A stretch of DNA of 64,000 bases from the NCBI GenBank assembly GCA_964106915.2, contig OZ066915.1; one strand, written 5' to 3'. The notes below the pieces were generated by a model, which was given only the letters and a program-made list of their open reading frames with translations, was not told the origin of the DNA and searched no databases. Of this stretch, positions 1-12,157 are shown piece by piece. The stretch is from Podarcis gaigeae (taxonomy: Eukaryota). Each line of letters opens with the position of its first letter. The stretch's first letter is position 1. The translations under genes and the position numbers were made by a program.

Positions 1-500
1 TTAAAATATGTGGGGAAGGGTGGAGAGACAAAACCAAACTGAAAGACATGGCAAAATAAACAAGGTTTTGTAGTCACACTGAAATGCAAATAGATAGGTC
101 ATGAATCAGGCAGGCATCCTAGTGCTGGGAGCTTTATAGGCAGTTACTACTACTTCAAATTGTGCTAAGAAACAAACTGGGAAAGAATGCAGAGTTCTTA
201 AAGGGAAACCCTAGATGCAATCTAGGCTGCTCCGTTTTGCACCAACTGACATTTGCATGGACGGAATGTAAACTACTGGAGAAATCCACATCCATTGCTG
301 TGCCTACTTTTACACCTGGCTCCACCCACCAATGGGGTGCAGCCCCCACAGGGGACCCATGAGGGAATGTGATCTTCAGGCTGTGAAAGGCCTGCAATAG
401 GACATGATCACACAACCTGTCAGCTTAGACAGGTATCCTTTACCACACTGTGCAGAAAGAAGGATTCTATCCTACACCTTAAAAGCTACTTTATGATGAT

Positions 501-567
501 CATAGAATCAGAGAATTGTGGAGTTGGAAGGGATCCCATGGGTCATCTAGTCCAATCCCCTGCAATG
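501..567 (-). mobile_element. CR1-type LINE/SINE 3' terminal fragment
   Basis: catagaatcagagaattgtggagttggaagggatccc...ggtcatctagtccaatcccctgcaatg; the reverse-orientation copy at 46847-46913 ends in the ATTCTATG tail repeat typical of CR1. Confidence 0.7.
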
Positions 568-1486
568 CCAGAATCACAGCTATCATGGTATATAAAATTT
601 TTATACGATAGAAATTATCCAAGGCAGTAATCCTGGCTGGGTCAAAGCAGGGTAACTGCTGTCTTTGCCTGGTAGCCATTATGAATTCCCACAAGGATTC
701 TAAGATTTTAAGAGAAAGCACTGGGCATAGTAACATAGTAACGGAGGGAGCTGCCTTATACAGAGTCCATCTGTTTCAGTACTGTCCAAATTGACTGCCA
801 GCGGCTGCAAAGGGAGATGATTTCTGGAAACACATGTTCCCCTCATAGAAGGGGTATAGAGCCTGATAACTAGTGATTTACTGTCACAGTAAAAGTGAGC
901 TTCTTTCTGGCAGCTGAGCACAGGCATGGGCATGCTATTCTTAATTTTAAAAATGATTTTGCTAGTTACAGCACGAAGCAAACACCTACTTGCTCTTCAT
1001 TTGTTGTGCTGCGTTGGGTGTTGCAATCTATTACAGATGCAAATTGTCTCATGCTAGGCATAATTGCCAAATGTGGCAGAATTTTGGAATAGGTGCAATG
1101 AATCATGCTTAAAACGAGATAATGACTAATAGCTTATGAGCTCAGGGGAGGAAGAGAATAAAACAACAGAATTTAGATTGTAAAATCTGTGCACAATATT
1201 TGAAGAAAGCTCCATCCTCAAAGCATGTCTGTTAACATATTTCAGAGAATGGCACTTATATTACTGAAAGCCTCTGTGGTTGGTCTGTGGTAATTTTATA
1301 CCTCAGTAACTCTCTTCTTTTTGAAATTAAAAGTTTTGAGTCTATTCAAAACAACTGTTGAAAAGTCCAGTTTTTCCTCCCCTTTCTGATGGCACTTAGA
1401 GTCATAGTTATCAGAAGTAAACTTACTTTGTAATTTTTTAGTTATGAAAATATTAACATATGCTCCTAGGCCATTGTACAGAAATA

Positions 1487-1926
1487 CCGTATTTTTCGCC
1501 CTATAGGACGTACTTTTCCCCTCCAAAAATGAAGGGGAAATGTGTGTGCGTCCTATGGGGCGAATGCAGGCTTTCGCTGAAGCCTGGAGAGCCCCAGCGC
1601 CAGCCCCACAAGCTCGGGGGACAACGGGGAGGTGGAACACCGCCATCCCGCTGTCTCCCGATGTGGCTTGGAGGCTGACGGCGGGGAGACGCGTGCTTCT
1701 CCCCGCCGCCAGTCCCACAAGCTTGGGGGACAGCGGGGAGGCGCAGCGCACCTTCCCGCTGTCCCTGGTCCTGGTCTGAAGGCTGGCGGCGGGGTGAAGA
1801 GCACTTCTCCCCGCTGCCGGCCCCACAAGCGCCTGGGGGGGGGAATAATTTTTTTTTCTTTATTTCCCCCCAAAAAAACCAGGTGCGTCCTATGGGCCAG
1901 TGCGTCCTATGGGGCGAAAAATACGG
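1487..1926. mobile_element. Non-autonomous Tc1/mariner (Tc2/pogo-like) MITE, 440 bp
   Basis: Terminal inverted repeats (TIRs) CCGTATTTTTCGCCC.ATAGGACG / CGTCCTATGGGGCGAAAAATACGG; TA target duplication at 1485-1486 and 1927-1928; repeated GTGCGTCCTATGGG subterminal motif. Confidence 0.88.
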
Positions 1927-1959
1927 TAAGTCCCTGTTTACAGGTTCAGAAGCTATGAA

Positions 1960-3230
1960 GAAACAAAAGGGAAGGGAAGTGGAGCTGCACTATCTGAAAG
2001 AAGGAAAGCATTAAAAGACTACAATAATGAACTTTAGAGTAAGGAAGAAACAAACAAAAAAATCCAAATAGCACATCAAGACAGAAGTTTTAAAAAACTG
2101 TTTCTTCATGAGACAAAGGGGCAGGTCAAAAAAGTAAAGGGAAAATAGTCCTAGACATAAGAAAGAAAGCATGGGGATAAGAAATATAACCATATAATAG
2201 AGATTTAATTAAAAATATCAGTGCTTTATTAACAGAGGGACCAAAGAGAAAAACGGAAAGCAACAGATAGAAAAAGGGGCAAAAACATGAACAGATGTAA
2301 CCTTCATATCTATTCATATTCTTGCCCCTTTTTCTATCAGTATTCCTTCCTGTATTGCTTTATGTGAAGTTTAAACTTCTTTTATTAACCTTTAAGAAGT
2401 TTAAACTTCATGAAGCCTGTGAAGGGAAATATACAGAGAGGTATAAAATGACTGAAGAATTAGGAAAGAAAGCAGAAAACAGAAAACATAAATAATATGT
2501 TTAAACTGAGAAACAGGAAGATCACTGAACAAGACATTTTAGTAGTTAATACAAGGTAGGCTGTAGGTCTGAACAAGAATGTTAGCTGATATTAAGAACA
2601 AATTTAGAAATCTTATAGAAATAAAATTGGCAGAACTTAGGTAGACATGTGAACGGAAATAGAAAGAGATCAAAGATAACACCAAAACCCTTTAACTGTA
2701 GAAAAGACTGAAGGTTGGTGCCAATTGGAACTTTGAAAGAGAAGGCAAAGTATCTTTTGCACAGTGACATCCAGGCAGATACAGACAATTTGAAATAAAG
2801 TATTGGTAAAGGGGAGGACCAAACAATAGAGCTTGAAATCATTCGTATAACAGTGGCATATTGCAAGCCACAAGAATAAATTGGATTGCTAAGAGAAAGC
2901 ATATAAAGAGTGAAGAGAGGAGGGCTTAGAATAATAATTGAGGAAGACTTAAACGAAGCTTTTATGACACAGGAGTGAAAGCAGGAGTGGATGGTACTGT
3001 CCAGTACCAAAGAACTGTAAAAGAAGCAGATAATGATCACCTGTACCCAAAGCTGATGAAAGTACATACAGAGAATGCTGGTGTATTTCAGCATATAATA
3101 CCACTTTAGATTTTCCACAAAGCAATTTCACTAGAATGTTTGAGTCAAAAACCAGCTGAAAAGGACCATAAAAAATTAGATGAAAGAAAACTGTCACATT
3201 TAGATAAGATTAAGAGGAGCAGTTAAGTCC
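1960..3230 (+). mobile_element. Highly decayed LINE remnant (APE endonuclease-like trace)
   Basis: Strong A/purine skew. 2835-2954 reads in one frame IIRITVAYCKPQE*...GGLRIIIEEDLN, resembling the APE YxxP ... IIxGDxN spacing. Boundaries are approximate. Confidence 0.3.
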
Positions 3231-3562
3231 CGCCTGATCTAAATCAATTTTAGTAAATATTGGGCCCACACCACCACACACAATGTACCTCTTTTGTTTT
3301 CGTCAGGCATTGTCTTATCTTGCTTTAAAAATGCTAGCTTCCCAAAGCTGGGGGGAGGGGAATATATGTGGACATTTTTATGACTGTTGGAAACTAGCAT
3401 ATTCAAAGCAAGAAGAAACAATGCTTGAAGAAAGGTATAGGTAAGAGAAAAACAAATCAATATTTACTAAAATGGGAGAGGGAATTGGATCAAGAAGATA
3501 AGCAGTACATTGAAGTGAAGAAAAAATAGAAATAGCATCAAATGTTCGAAAATGAAGAATAA

Positions 3563-3743
3563 GACAGTGTCCACACTATACCTTTAAAGCACATTCCCCT
3601 CCCTCAAAGCATTCTGGGTACTGTAGTTTAACCTCCAAAGAGTTATAATTTACAGCAACCAGTAATAAACTTCAGAACTCAGAATACTTAGAGGAAAAGA
3701 ATGTGCTTAAAATTCACTATAAAAGTATAGTGTGTATACCGCC
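3563..3743. mobile_element. PIF/Harbinger-like palindromic MITE
   Basis: Imperfect TIRs GACAGTGTCCACACTATACCTTT / AAAAGTATAGTGTGTATACCGCC flanked by TAA on both sides (3560-3562, 3744-3746). Confidence 0.6.
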
Positions 3744-4850
3744 TAAAGAGATACAATAAAATTGAAGGAGTAAGAGGAATAATAGAACAGGAAGAAAAAG
3801 GAGGTGATGAAGAACAACCAACATAAATAACATTTCTGTTATTCATTCCTCATTACCTCTCTCTTCTTCTGACTGTAATATACCTCCCACTCCTTCCATT
3901 TTATTAAGTTACTTATTTGGTACTTAGATTTACTGAAATCATTTAGAGTTCTTTCCAGGGAACTAAAACTTTTAAGACAATGGTATTGGTGTACTTCTGA
4001 TCATAGTCTAAACTGTTTGAAATCGCATCATAAAAGGCAAAACCCACAGCATTTCATAGTGCATGTGAATGATTAAACAATACTATCTTGCAGAGAAGCT
4101 GAAATTTAACGATGTTCTAATAGGGCATGCAGAACAACTATGTAGTACTTTGGTCAAGCTGGATAATGTCATTCCTTGCTAGTTCAGAATGCTGTTGTCT
4201 AGCTGCTCTCCCTTCACATGTTGAATTCCCTTAACTGCTACAGGACAGCCCAGCCCTCGAAATATATTTAAGCTGGGCCAACATAATCAGGTTGTATGCA
4301 CATATTTTAATACTGAAACCAACTTGTGTCCTATTGCTTTAGTAGAGATCCTATAACTTTTTGATTTGCACAGAACTCATGTGAAACTGAGGTCCCACCC
4401 CTTTTGCAAATATAAATATTTATGCTGGAACAGGGAGGCTGAGGGCGTGGGCCAAGTGAGCAGAGAGGAAGGATCTGGCACTATGCAGAATTCTCTGGTC
4501 AGTTGCAAAGAACAGGCCAAGCAAGGAGAGGTGGCAAACATATTATCACAACAATCCCCATCTTCCCTCAGTCTTAGCAAGGCCTTTTGCATGTTTCTTT
4601 TTAAAAAAATGTCCCAGGGACTGATTCCTCGATGCCACCTTTTCATCTTCCTTTCTTCATTCCATTCCTTCATGCAACTAGTACCGTGAGATGTGACTGA
4701 CAGCTCAAAGGACTAGGCTGCTAAACCCTACTAATTCGGAGTATGATACCAGAAATAAATGTTGTTCTTTTTTAACTTTGCATGCTACAAGCTTAATGTT
4801 TGTGTAATTATACACTTTAAATCTGATAGACATACATAACTTAATTTACA

Positions 4851-4914
4851 TAATTTAATGTAGATAAATTAATGCAGATTAGCCGCTTGTGTAGGCACTG
4901 TTAATCCATACTAA
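4851..4914 (+). repeat. 64-bp perfect direct repeat, copy 1
   Basis: TAATTTAATGTAGATAAATTAATGCAGATTAGCCGCTTGTGTAGGCACTGTTAATCCATACTAA is identical to 5468-5531. Confidence 0.95.
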
Positions 4915-5467
4915 ACAGGTTATCAGAATTAAGAACTGCCCTCCATGGTTCCTCAAAATAATCAGATTGTGGTTGGACACTTGGAAGAGTAAAATAAACT
5001 TGCCAAAACAATCACATTTAATTTCTTGACTTTTAATGATATTAACTGATATGTTTCCACACAGTTGGTTTTTGATGCTTAAGTGTAAGCCAAATAGTTT
5101 CAGTTAATAACCTGCATGTTTGCCTGATACCTGTAAAACTATTAGATTGTTATAAAACAAGGGATGGAGGATCTGTTACCATGGATATTGAAATAAAATC
5201 AGATATTACTTGATTACCTTCTTAAACAGAGGCTGAAACAATGCCAAAATTTCAAGTAGGGGAGGGCTACAATGATTACTTAGTATTGGAAAAAGCTGCT
5301 GCAGTGCTCTTTAGTTTCCTCCCTAAATGCTACTCCTGCCAAAATGAAAAAAATGTGAATATGGAACTATTGTCTGCCTTGAAGACAGCCACTATCATCT
5401 TCCTTCCTACCCAAGCCCTGTAGCTCTCCGTGTCCAACAGAAAACATGGTAGTTTTATGCAATGTGT

Positions 5468-5531
5468 TAATTTAATGTAGATAAATTAATGCAGATTAGC
5501 CGCTTGTGTAGGCACTGTTAATCCATACTAA
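5468..5531 (+). repeat. 64-bp perfect direct repeat, copy 2
   Basis: Identical to 4851-4914. Confidence 0.95.
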
Positions 5532-7004
5532 GAGACTTAATTAAATGCAGCCTGTTTGGAGCAAGGTTAAATGTAAATGAGCAAACAACATTTTCTCTTT
5601 TTTTAAAGAGTATCTACCCAGGACCTTAGATACTTTTTGCAGAGGATTTGTGCCTGTTTGAAGAGAGATACATTTATACAATGTGAGAATAGGAGAAACC
5701 AAGTACAAAGCCATTTATCACGCATAAATATCAGAATGTGATATGGAAAGAAAATTATATAAGCTATTACAATGTAAGAAGAAAAATGGAAGGCTTGGCT
5801 TTTGTATTTTATGGATTTTAATGATTTACAGTGGCAAAAAATATACAAATCTGAAGATACTTTTATGTAGTCTCTGGGGTCTTCATGAATTCATGATACC
5901 AGATTTTGTCCTTCAGCACTGGACAGGTAGTTTTAAAAATGTGATAGTCAAAGTACTATAAATTATAAACATTTTAACAAGCAGATAAATTAAAAGGTTA
6001 CATTTTGAGTGACTGTGTATCAAAATCTCTGGGTTTTAAATATGCAATTATTACCCCAGCCCGCCCCAAGAGTTTACTTAAGTGTCTCAGATGAGCCCTT
6101 AATAATCCCTCTCTGTCCCCTGACCTTTACAGGAAGGAAAAAAGGGCCACTCTACTGCTATAGAAGCCCTATGTCTGAAATTCTGACTCAGTCGCTAAAT
6201 AAGCATACAGACAGAAGAAAAATGAGTAGTCATCTTGTTCAGAATCAGGGGAGAGAGAGAGAAAAAATTGCTACAGGGAAGAAAAAGAAAAGTTGTTTCC
6301 TAAAATAAAGATTAAAAAACCCAAGAAGAAATAATAAGAAGAAATAAGGCGATACTGAAACAGCAGCATATTGTGTAGCTAGGGTAGTGGTGGGTAGCTT
6401 GGTTCTGTTTTGTTGTTATTAAAAGAACTACATATGCATTCCTCATCTACAATTGCAAAACTGCTTTAATGATTGGAAGTGGGAGACGACTGCTTAATCC
6501 AGAGATGTCATTGGCACAAGCCAATAGGCAGCTGAAGTATGCAACATTTTGGACAATTCTAATAAGCCCTAGAAATAATCAAGTGCAGTGCATAACATGT
6601 AATATTTCTCTCTGTCTCCTCTGAAAGGTTTTTTCACATATAGTTTGAAGCCTTTACAACGAACACTGCAAAAGCAGTCTGACTAAAGCCCTCGTAGATA
6701 ATCTTAGTAATAATAAAGTACACATGCTATACTACCCACCACCCATTACCCTAAAAATCTGGTGCCCATTTTAAAAATGGGGTGGCGGTGGCGGCATGGC
6801 TGTCCCTAGCAGCTTCTGCATGCAAAGTGGGTGCTTTTCCACTGGCCCTTCCCTATATATTGGCCTTTTTAAAAAAACAAAAATGGGTTGGTACTATTAA
6901 AGTGATTTAACATAGGCATTTCTCGCTTGATCGCTTTCTAGAGTGAAAAAAATAGGCATGCTTTTAGTATTTTAAAATTCTGCCTTACCTCCTCCCATCC
7001 CCAG

Positions 7005-7065
7005 GTATTGATTACAAGACGACAACAATACTCCTGGATGGCCGTCGAATAAAGCTGCAGCTCTG
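7005..7065 (+). CDS. RAB40B: RAB40B coding exon 2 (61 bp)
   Basis: cccag|GTATTGATTACAAG...CAGCTCTG|gtaac; encodes [19 protein letters not shown]. Confidence 0.93.
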
Positions 7066-10000
7066 GTAACTTTGCATTATGTTCTCTGTTTGGATTGTGC
7101 CATTGTGCTTTGAAAACAGTTCATAGTGGACGTAATACTGCTTGGATGCGATGTCATATTTACTGTAAAGTTGACTACAAATATTTAATTCTTATAACAG
7201 TTAAGAACGGGTCATACTACCCACCAGCCTTTTTTACTAAAGAGCTATAGTTGAGGACAAGGGAGCAACTGTGAAATTAATGGGTTTCTCTGTATATATG
7301 CAAGGAACCTAAGTAATAAAAAATGATTGGTGAATATATTATAGGAGTACATAATCACCCATGTAGATTCAGTGGATGATCCTGCTGAAATGCATGATGT
7401 CCATGTGGTTTAGTGGTTAGAGTACTGGACTCGGACCTGGAAGACCAGGGTTCAAATTCCCACTTATCCATGACGCTCACTGGGTGATCTTGGACCAGTC
7501 TCTGTCTTTCAGCCTCACATACCTAACATACCTAACCTGGACTGTGTTTCCCTCCTAAGGCAAAGGGTAGAATACTAATAAAGAGAGCAAAACAGAAAGA
7601 CCAGATAAGAATTCAACAAGAACACTGTTATTCAGAATGGAAAGGTCTATGTATTTTTAACTGTATTTTACCTTCCACAGGGACACATCTGGGCAAGGCA
7701 GATTCTGCACCATATTTCGTTCCTATTCCAGAGGGGCCCAGGTAATCACAATTCTGCCATCTCTAAAATATGTCACTGTAAAGAATTAACTAAAAAGAAA
7801 AGAGCTACAATAAGAGGTGGGGGAACTATACTTACTTATTGTACTACTTGCTTTCAAAAATTGTTATACAATTTGTTGCTGCTGAATAAAGGGAGCATCC
7901 TTTGAGTCACCAGAAATAAATTATTTTAGAGAAATGTTCAGATTTGTTAAGTCCTCAGTCTGCTCCTCTTTTTCCTGGTTAAATAAAGGAACGGTTACAC
8001 AAAATTGTGTGATGTACTGTGTACCTTATCTATGTGTCAGGCTGATCTAATCTTCTTTATTCCCTCAGGGCGTGATATTGGTATATGATATTACAAATCG
8101 CTGGTCATTTGATGGCATTGATCGATGGATAAAGGAAATAGATGAGGTAAGACACATCTCTGAATGTTTCATATAATGCCTAAGAAAATGATTGAACTAC
8201 ATGATGACTGAATGAGATGGCTAGAATGTGGGTGGCTGAAAACTCATGACAAATCCACTTGAAGGTAGCCTAAAACCCATTTGAAAGAGTTTGCAGTAAC
8301 AGGGAGCTTTCTTTCCTGCCATCAAAACTATGTCACCTTAGAGTTGCTGTGGGTGGCAAATGGATACCTAACTGCATGTCTTGACTATCGAGGGAAGTAA
8401 TTGACATCTTGCTGTGACATGTGAGACATTTTGCAGATAAAATTGCTTATATCCTGTTTGCCTTAAAGTCATTCCCTTTCTCAAACACTATATTTGGACT
8501 TGGATGACACCAACTCTTGTCCAGTTCCTGATCTTCTTCTTATAACATGCAGCAGGTGGCCTGTCAGATGATTCCAAGCATTCCTGGTGCTCATTCTACC
8601 TTGATCAATAGCAGTTTGACTTCTGGCTTGGTTTTCAAACTGGGACTGCTGTAGTTGCCTTGGTGAATGATTTTCATCTTCAGTTGGTTGTGGTAACTCT
8701 ATCAGACACATTTGATATGATCGACCAGAAAGTTTATTCTTGAAACTTTTACATACCCATAATTCTATGTTGAAGGGTTGTTGTTGTTGTTTTAAAAAAA
8801 TACAAATTCTGCAACTTATATTTGGCAAAGCAATACATTTTTTTACCACCTGCTGATTCTGTTTGGTTATTATATTTTCTTGCATTGGGTTTTCTTGATG
8901 GAATCCACCTATAGCACAGCACTATGGACAAAGGGAATTAAAGAGTTGTTGTTACTGTTGTTGTTGTTAATGATCAGTATTTTGTTGAAGAAGAGGGTGA
9001 GAGACTTCTAAGCTAACATTTTGCTGTCTATCTTTACTTAGCATGCTCCTGGTGTACCCAAAATCCTTGTTGGCAACCGCCTGCATCTGGCCTTCAAACG
9101 ACAAGTATCCACTGAGCAGGCCCAGGCCTATGCTGAAAGATTAGGCATGACATTCTTTGAAGTAAGCCCACTCTGTAATTTCAACATCACAGAGTCCTTT
9201 ACGGAACTTGCAAGGATTGTGTTAATGAGACATGGAATGGACCGGCTGTGGAGGCCAAACAAAGGTAAGTTACACAAAATCATTTGCTTTATCTAACTCA
9301 TGAGCCAGCTCTGGGCCAGCAAGCCACAGGAAGTGGTCCACTAGCCCCATGAAGCTTTTATCTCCTCATATCAGTGTTGTGATGCTGAGCACAAGATGAG
9401 GAGCTAATCTTTAAAGAACAGGCAGAGAGAATTGAAAAGGAATAGGAAGACTTTTGCCCCACTCAAAGAGAGAGTGAGAGAGTGTTGTGTATGTGTTTGC
9501 GTGAGAGAATGCTGTGTGGTTGCAGATGTGGTGAGTGTGGTGTATATGTGTGTATGAGAGAGTGCTCTGTGTGTGCGTGCGCACATGCAGCATTAATATA
9601 CATTGGCCGTGCTGGGGAACTATGTTAAAAAACTAATGGTGGGGAGCAGTATGCAGGTTGTAGATTAGCCACCCTGCTGTAAACAGTATGACAACTGAGT
9701 GCCAAACTTGGAAGCACCCTTCCTCCCCACTCACTTCCCTTGTCTGCTTTGACCATGCTCAGCATTACATCTGTAATGCTGTAACCGGACATGGTTAACA
9801 TTTACAATTTCCAGAGAGTGAGTCATGCTAGTCTCTTGCAGCAAAAACAACAGTCTTGAACAAATTTATCACAGCAAAATCTTTCACTTCATCAGATGCA
9901 CAAAGGAAACCGGTGCTTCATATTACCTCAGGTGTGATGGATATGTTGGAAAGGCTTATAAATTGATATCTCTCCTTCTCTAAGGTGGAAGGAAGGAGAA

Positions 10001-10787
10001 ATTCTACCCCTAAATAATTTGAATAAGTACCTGCAACCTATACATGGGTTGTTAGAGAAAAGGAGGTGACTAAAGTGGATATTCAAGCACTGAAGTGCTG
10101 TTTACCTAAAATTTACTTCAGTGGGCCCCAGGAATTATGCTGCCATCTAGAGCTGGAGGTTGTAGTATGTATTTATGTATGTATGTATGTATGTATGTAT
10201 GTATGCATGTATGTATTTGGCTGTTTTTCTTTTCAGGGGGAGGGTTATGTGTTGTTACAATTTTTTTATTATTATTTTCTTCTTCCCCGTTTTCTCCTTG
10301 TTAAATCGTTGCAACATCACCTTTATTCATAGAGGCAAGCCATAGTTATGGGGATTCAAGGTAGAATTAGGAAGGAACTTCAGAAGCAGTGAAAAGAAAC
10401 AGAACCCGAGAGCTCTGAAAAATACAGTGAAGTCAAAGTTGTGCACTTGTGTCACCTTGTGGTTATTTAGAATCATGTTATGACTAATCTTCATGTTTTT
10501 GCTTCTTGTTTTAAGTCCTGAGTTTGCAAGATCTTTGTTGCCGCGCCATAGTTTCATGCACCCCAGTGCACCTTGTGGACAAACTTCCACTCCCTGTTGC
10601 CTTAAGAAGCCATCTCAAATCGTTCTCTATGGCCAATGGACTTAATGCTCGGATGATGCACGGACGTTCCTACTCTCTCACTGCCAGCAACAACAACAAA
10701 AGAAATAGTCTGAAGAAAGCCAAAATTATCCGTCCACTCCAGAGCCCTCCAAAACACTGCACGAGAAATAGCTGTAAAATCTCCTAA
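7005..10787 (+). CDS. RAB40B: Ras-related protein Rab-40B (5'-partial; coding exons 2-6: 7005-7065, 7681-7741, 8069-8146, 9042-9264, 10516-10787)
   Basis: Manual splicing at GT-AG sites gives [40 protein letters not shown]...[16 protein letters not shown]...[24 protein letters not shown]...RNSCKIS*. This is a Rab GTPase domain with the Rab40-type GNRLHL G4 box, a SOCS box and C-terminal [20 protein letters not shown] and adjacency to WDR45B favour RAB40B over RAB40C. The P-loop exon is not in the window. Confidence 0.95.
7404..7540 (+). mobile_element. tRNA-derived CORE-type SINE
   Basis: A-box TGGTTTAGTGG, B-box GGTTCAAATTCC, followed by CORE-like GGGTGATCTTGGACCAGTC. Confidence 0.7.
7681..7741 (+). 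CDS. RAB40B: RAB40B coding exon 3 (61 bp)
   Basis: ccacag|GGACACATCT...GCCCAG|gtaatc; encodes [20 protein letters not shown] (G3 box). Confidence 0.94.
8069..8146 (+). CDS. RAB40B: RAB40B coding exon 4 (78 bp)
   Basis: cctcag|GGCGTG...GATGAG|gtaaga; encodes [26 protein letters not shown]. Confidence 0.94.
9042..9264 (+). CDS. RAB40B: RAB40B coding exon 5 (223 bp)
   Basis: acttag|CATGCT...AACAAAG|gtaagt; encodes [22 protein letters not shown]...[11 protein letters not shown]. Confidence 0.94.
9468..9590. repeat. Degenerate (GA)n/(TG)n low-complexity tract
   Basis: gagagagtgagagagtgttgtgtatgtgt...gtgtgcgtgcgcacatgc. Confidence 0.75.
9812..9900 (-). mobile_element. Old Penelope-like terminal fragment with collapsed hammerhead remnant
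   Basis: Layout resembles the 14.0-14.17 kb and 24.5 kb copies; the - strand reads TGCAT-CTGATGAAGT-GAAAG with stem II deleted. Confidence 0.4.
10165..10216. repeat. (TATG)n microsatellite
   Basis: gtatgtatttatgtatgtatgtatg... Confidence 0.9.
10516..10787 (+). CDS. RAB40B: RAB40B last coding exon (SOCS box and CKIS prenylation motif)
   Basis: tttaag|TCCTGAGTTTGCAAG...TCCTAA; matches ORF-track 10524-10787 [33 protein letters not shown]...SCKIS. Confidence 0.95.
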
Positions 10788-11557
10788 GCCTCTGTTTGGA
10801 AAGGTTTGGGCCAGAGCCTTTAACACAAGGACTCATAGTCAGGTCTGTTGTATGTATTGCATTACAGAAACAGAACAAAAAAATTGCTAATTTAGAGTCA
10901 TTTGTTTTAAATAATGCTGCTTCCAGATGTGTGATGCACTCTGTGCAAACAAAGGGATGTGAAACTTTGCTGTTGGGTTTTTTATATATCAATTTTTTGA
11001 TGTGCATGAAGACTTTGTGTGTTTTATAAAGGGAATAATTTATCACACTACTCAGCTTTTGATGACACTAAATCTCAGAAGTGAGTTGTTTTAATTGCTC
11101 AAATATTGTTTAATCACTACATTTTATTCGCAGTTAAATAGAAATCAGTGTCAGTCTGTAGATGCAGGCCGTTTTTTAAACCACAATGTATTGTATACAT
11201 TGTAAAAGCTACAAACAATTATTTGTGATGTTGCAGTAGAGCATCTGAAAATGGTTTTGTACTGTTTCCTAAGTGATTTTGAAGCACTGCTTTGAGCTAC
11301 CAGTGTGTAAATGCAATATACACGAGATTTTCTCCCATCCATGTATAAAATATTTGATAAAAGTTTTGCTATGTTGTTTAGGGATTAAACTGTGGTTTAT
11401 ATGCTTATTTTTCTGGTAAATCTACATTTTTGTAAAGGATATTCTAGTGATCAGTTATATTGCAAAAAAGCCAAAGACATCAGATGTATTTGCCACATAG
11501 CAGTAAGAAAAATGTGAATTGAAAAGCTGCTTTATTGGGGAAAGGACGCTATTTAAA

Positions 11558-11563
11558 AATAAA
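11558..11563 (+). terminator. Candidate RAB40B polyadenylation signal AATAAA
   Basis: AATAAA ~770 nt after the stop, ending an AT-rich 3'UTR-like stretch, with GT/T-rich sequence downstream and repeat-derived DNA beyond. Confidence 0.55.
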
Positions 11564-11739
11564 ACACTTTTTAAAAGCTCTAAAAAGTGCTGGAGTGGTT
11601 TTTCCTAGTTAAATATTTTCCTGGTCTCCCAAGACTCTGTTGAGGTAATGACTTTCGTTTATAATTTGTTCATGACTTGATTAAAAGGTCATCTCCTACC
11701 AGTTTTGTCTGTGAAGTCAGGAAGATGCTTATACTGAAC

Positions 11740-11815
11740 AGCTGCCCAGAATGGCTGGGGCAACCCAGTGAGATGGGTGGTGGCAAATAATAAACTTATT
11801 ATTATTATTATTATT
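11740..11815 (+). mobile_element. L2-type LINE 3' end with (TTA)n tail
   Basis: gctgcccagaatggctggggcaacccagtgagatgggtgg...ttattattattatt; the same family occurs in reverse at ~50585-50820. Confidence 0.65.
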
Positions 11816-12157
11816 GGCTGATAGTTGGTTTTTAAGTAAACTGGGAGTATTTTTCTCATTGCTGTGCTGTTCTGTTTTCAACTTATTTTGGTTTAATATG
11901 GTTTTGCTTTTTATTTTTTATTGTACAGTTTGATTTGAACTGAAAACATTTCTGATGGTGTATTATTATATTTTTTGCTCTCTTTTTCCTTTACTGGGCA
12001 CAGTTCTCTTAAGAACAACTGCCCTCTGTTACCCCCTTGGCTGCCCCCACCATCTTCCAGGTGAACAACCAGAAGCCACGTGACACCATCAATAACACCT
12101 GTTGTTTCAGAGCTGCTACTGCAAGGGCAATATCATCTGCCTATTGCAATCTACTAT

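Noticed and set aside
7005-10787. Assignment as RAB40C; likewise FOXK1 for the forkhead gene
   Set aside because: Diagnostic residues ([16 protein letters not shown]; [19 protein letters not shown]) and the neighbourhood with WDR45B fit RAB40B and FOXK2.
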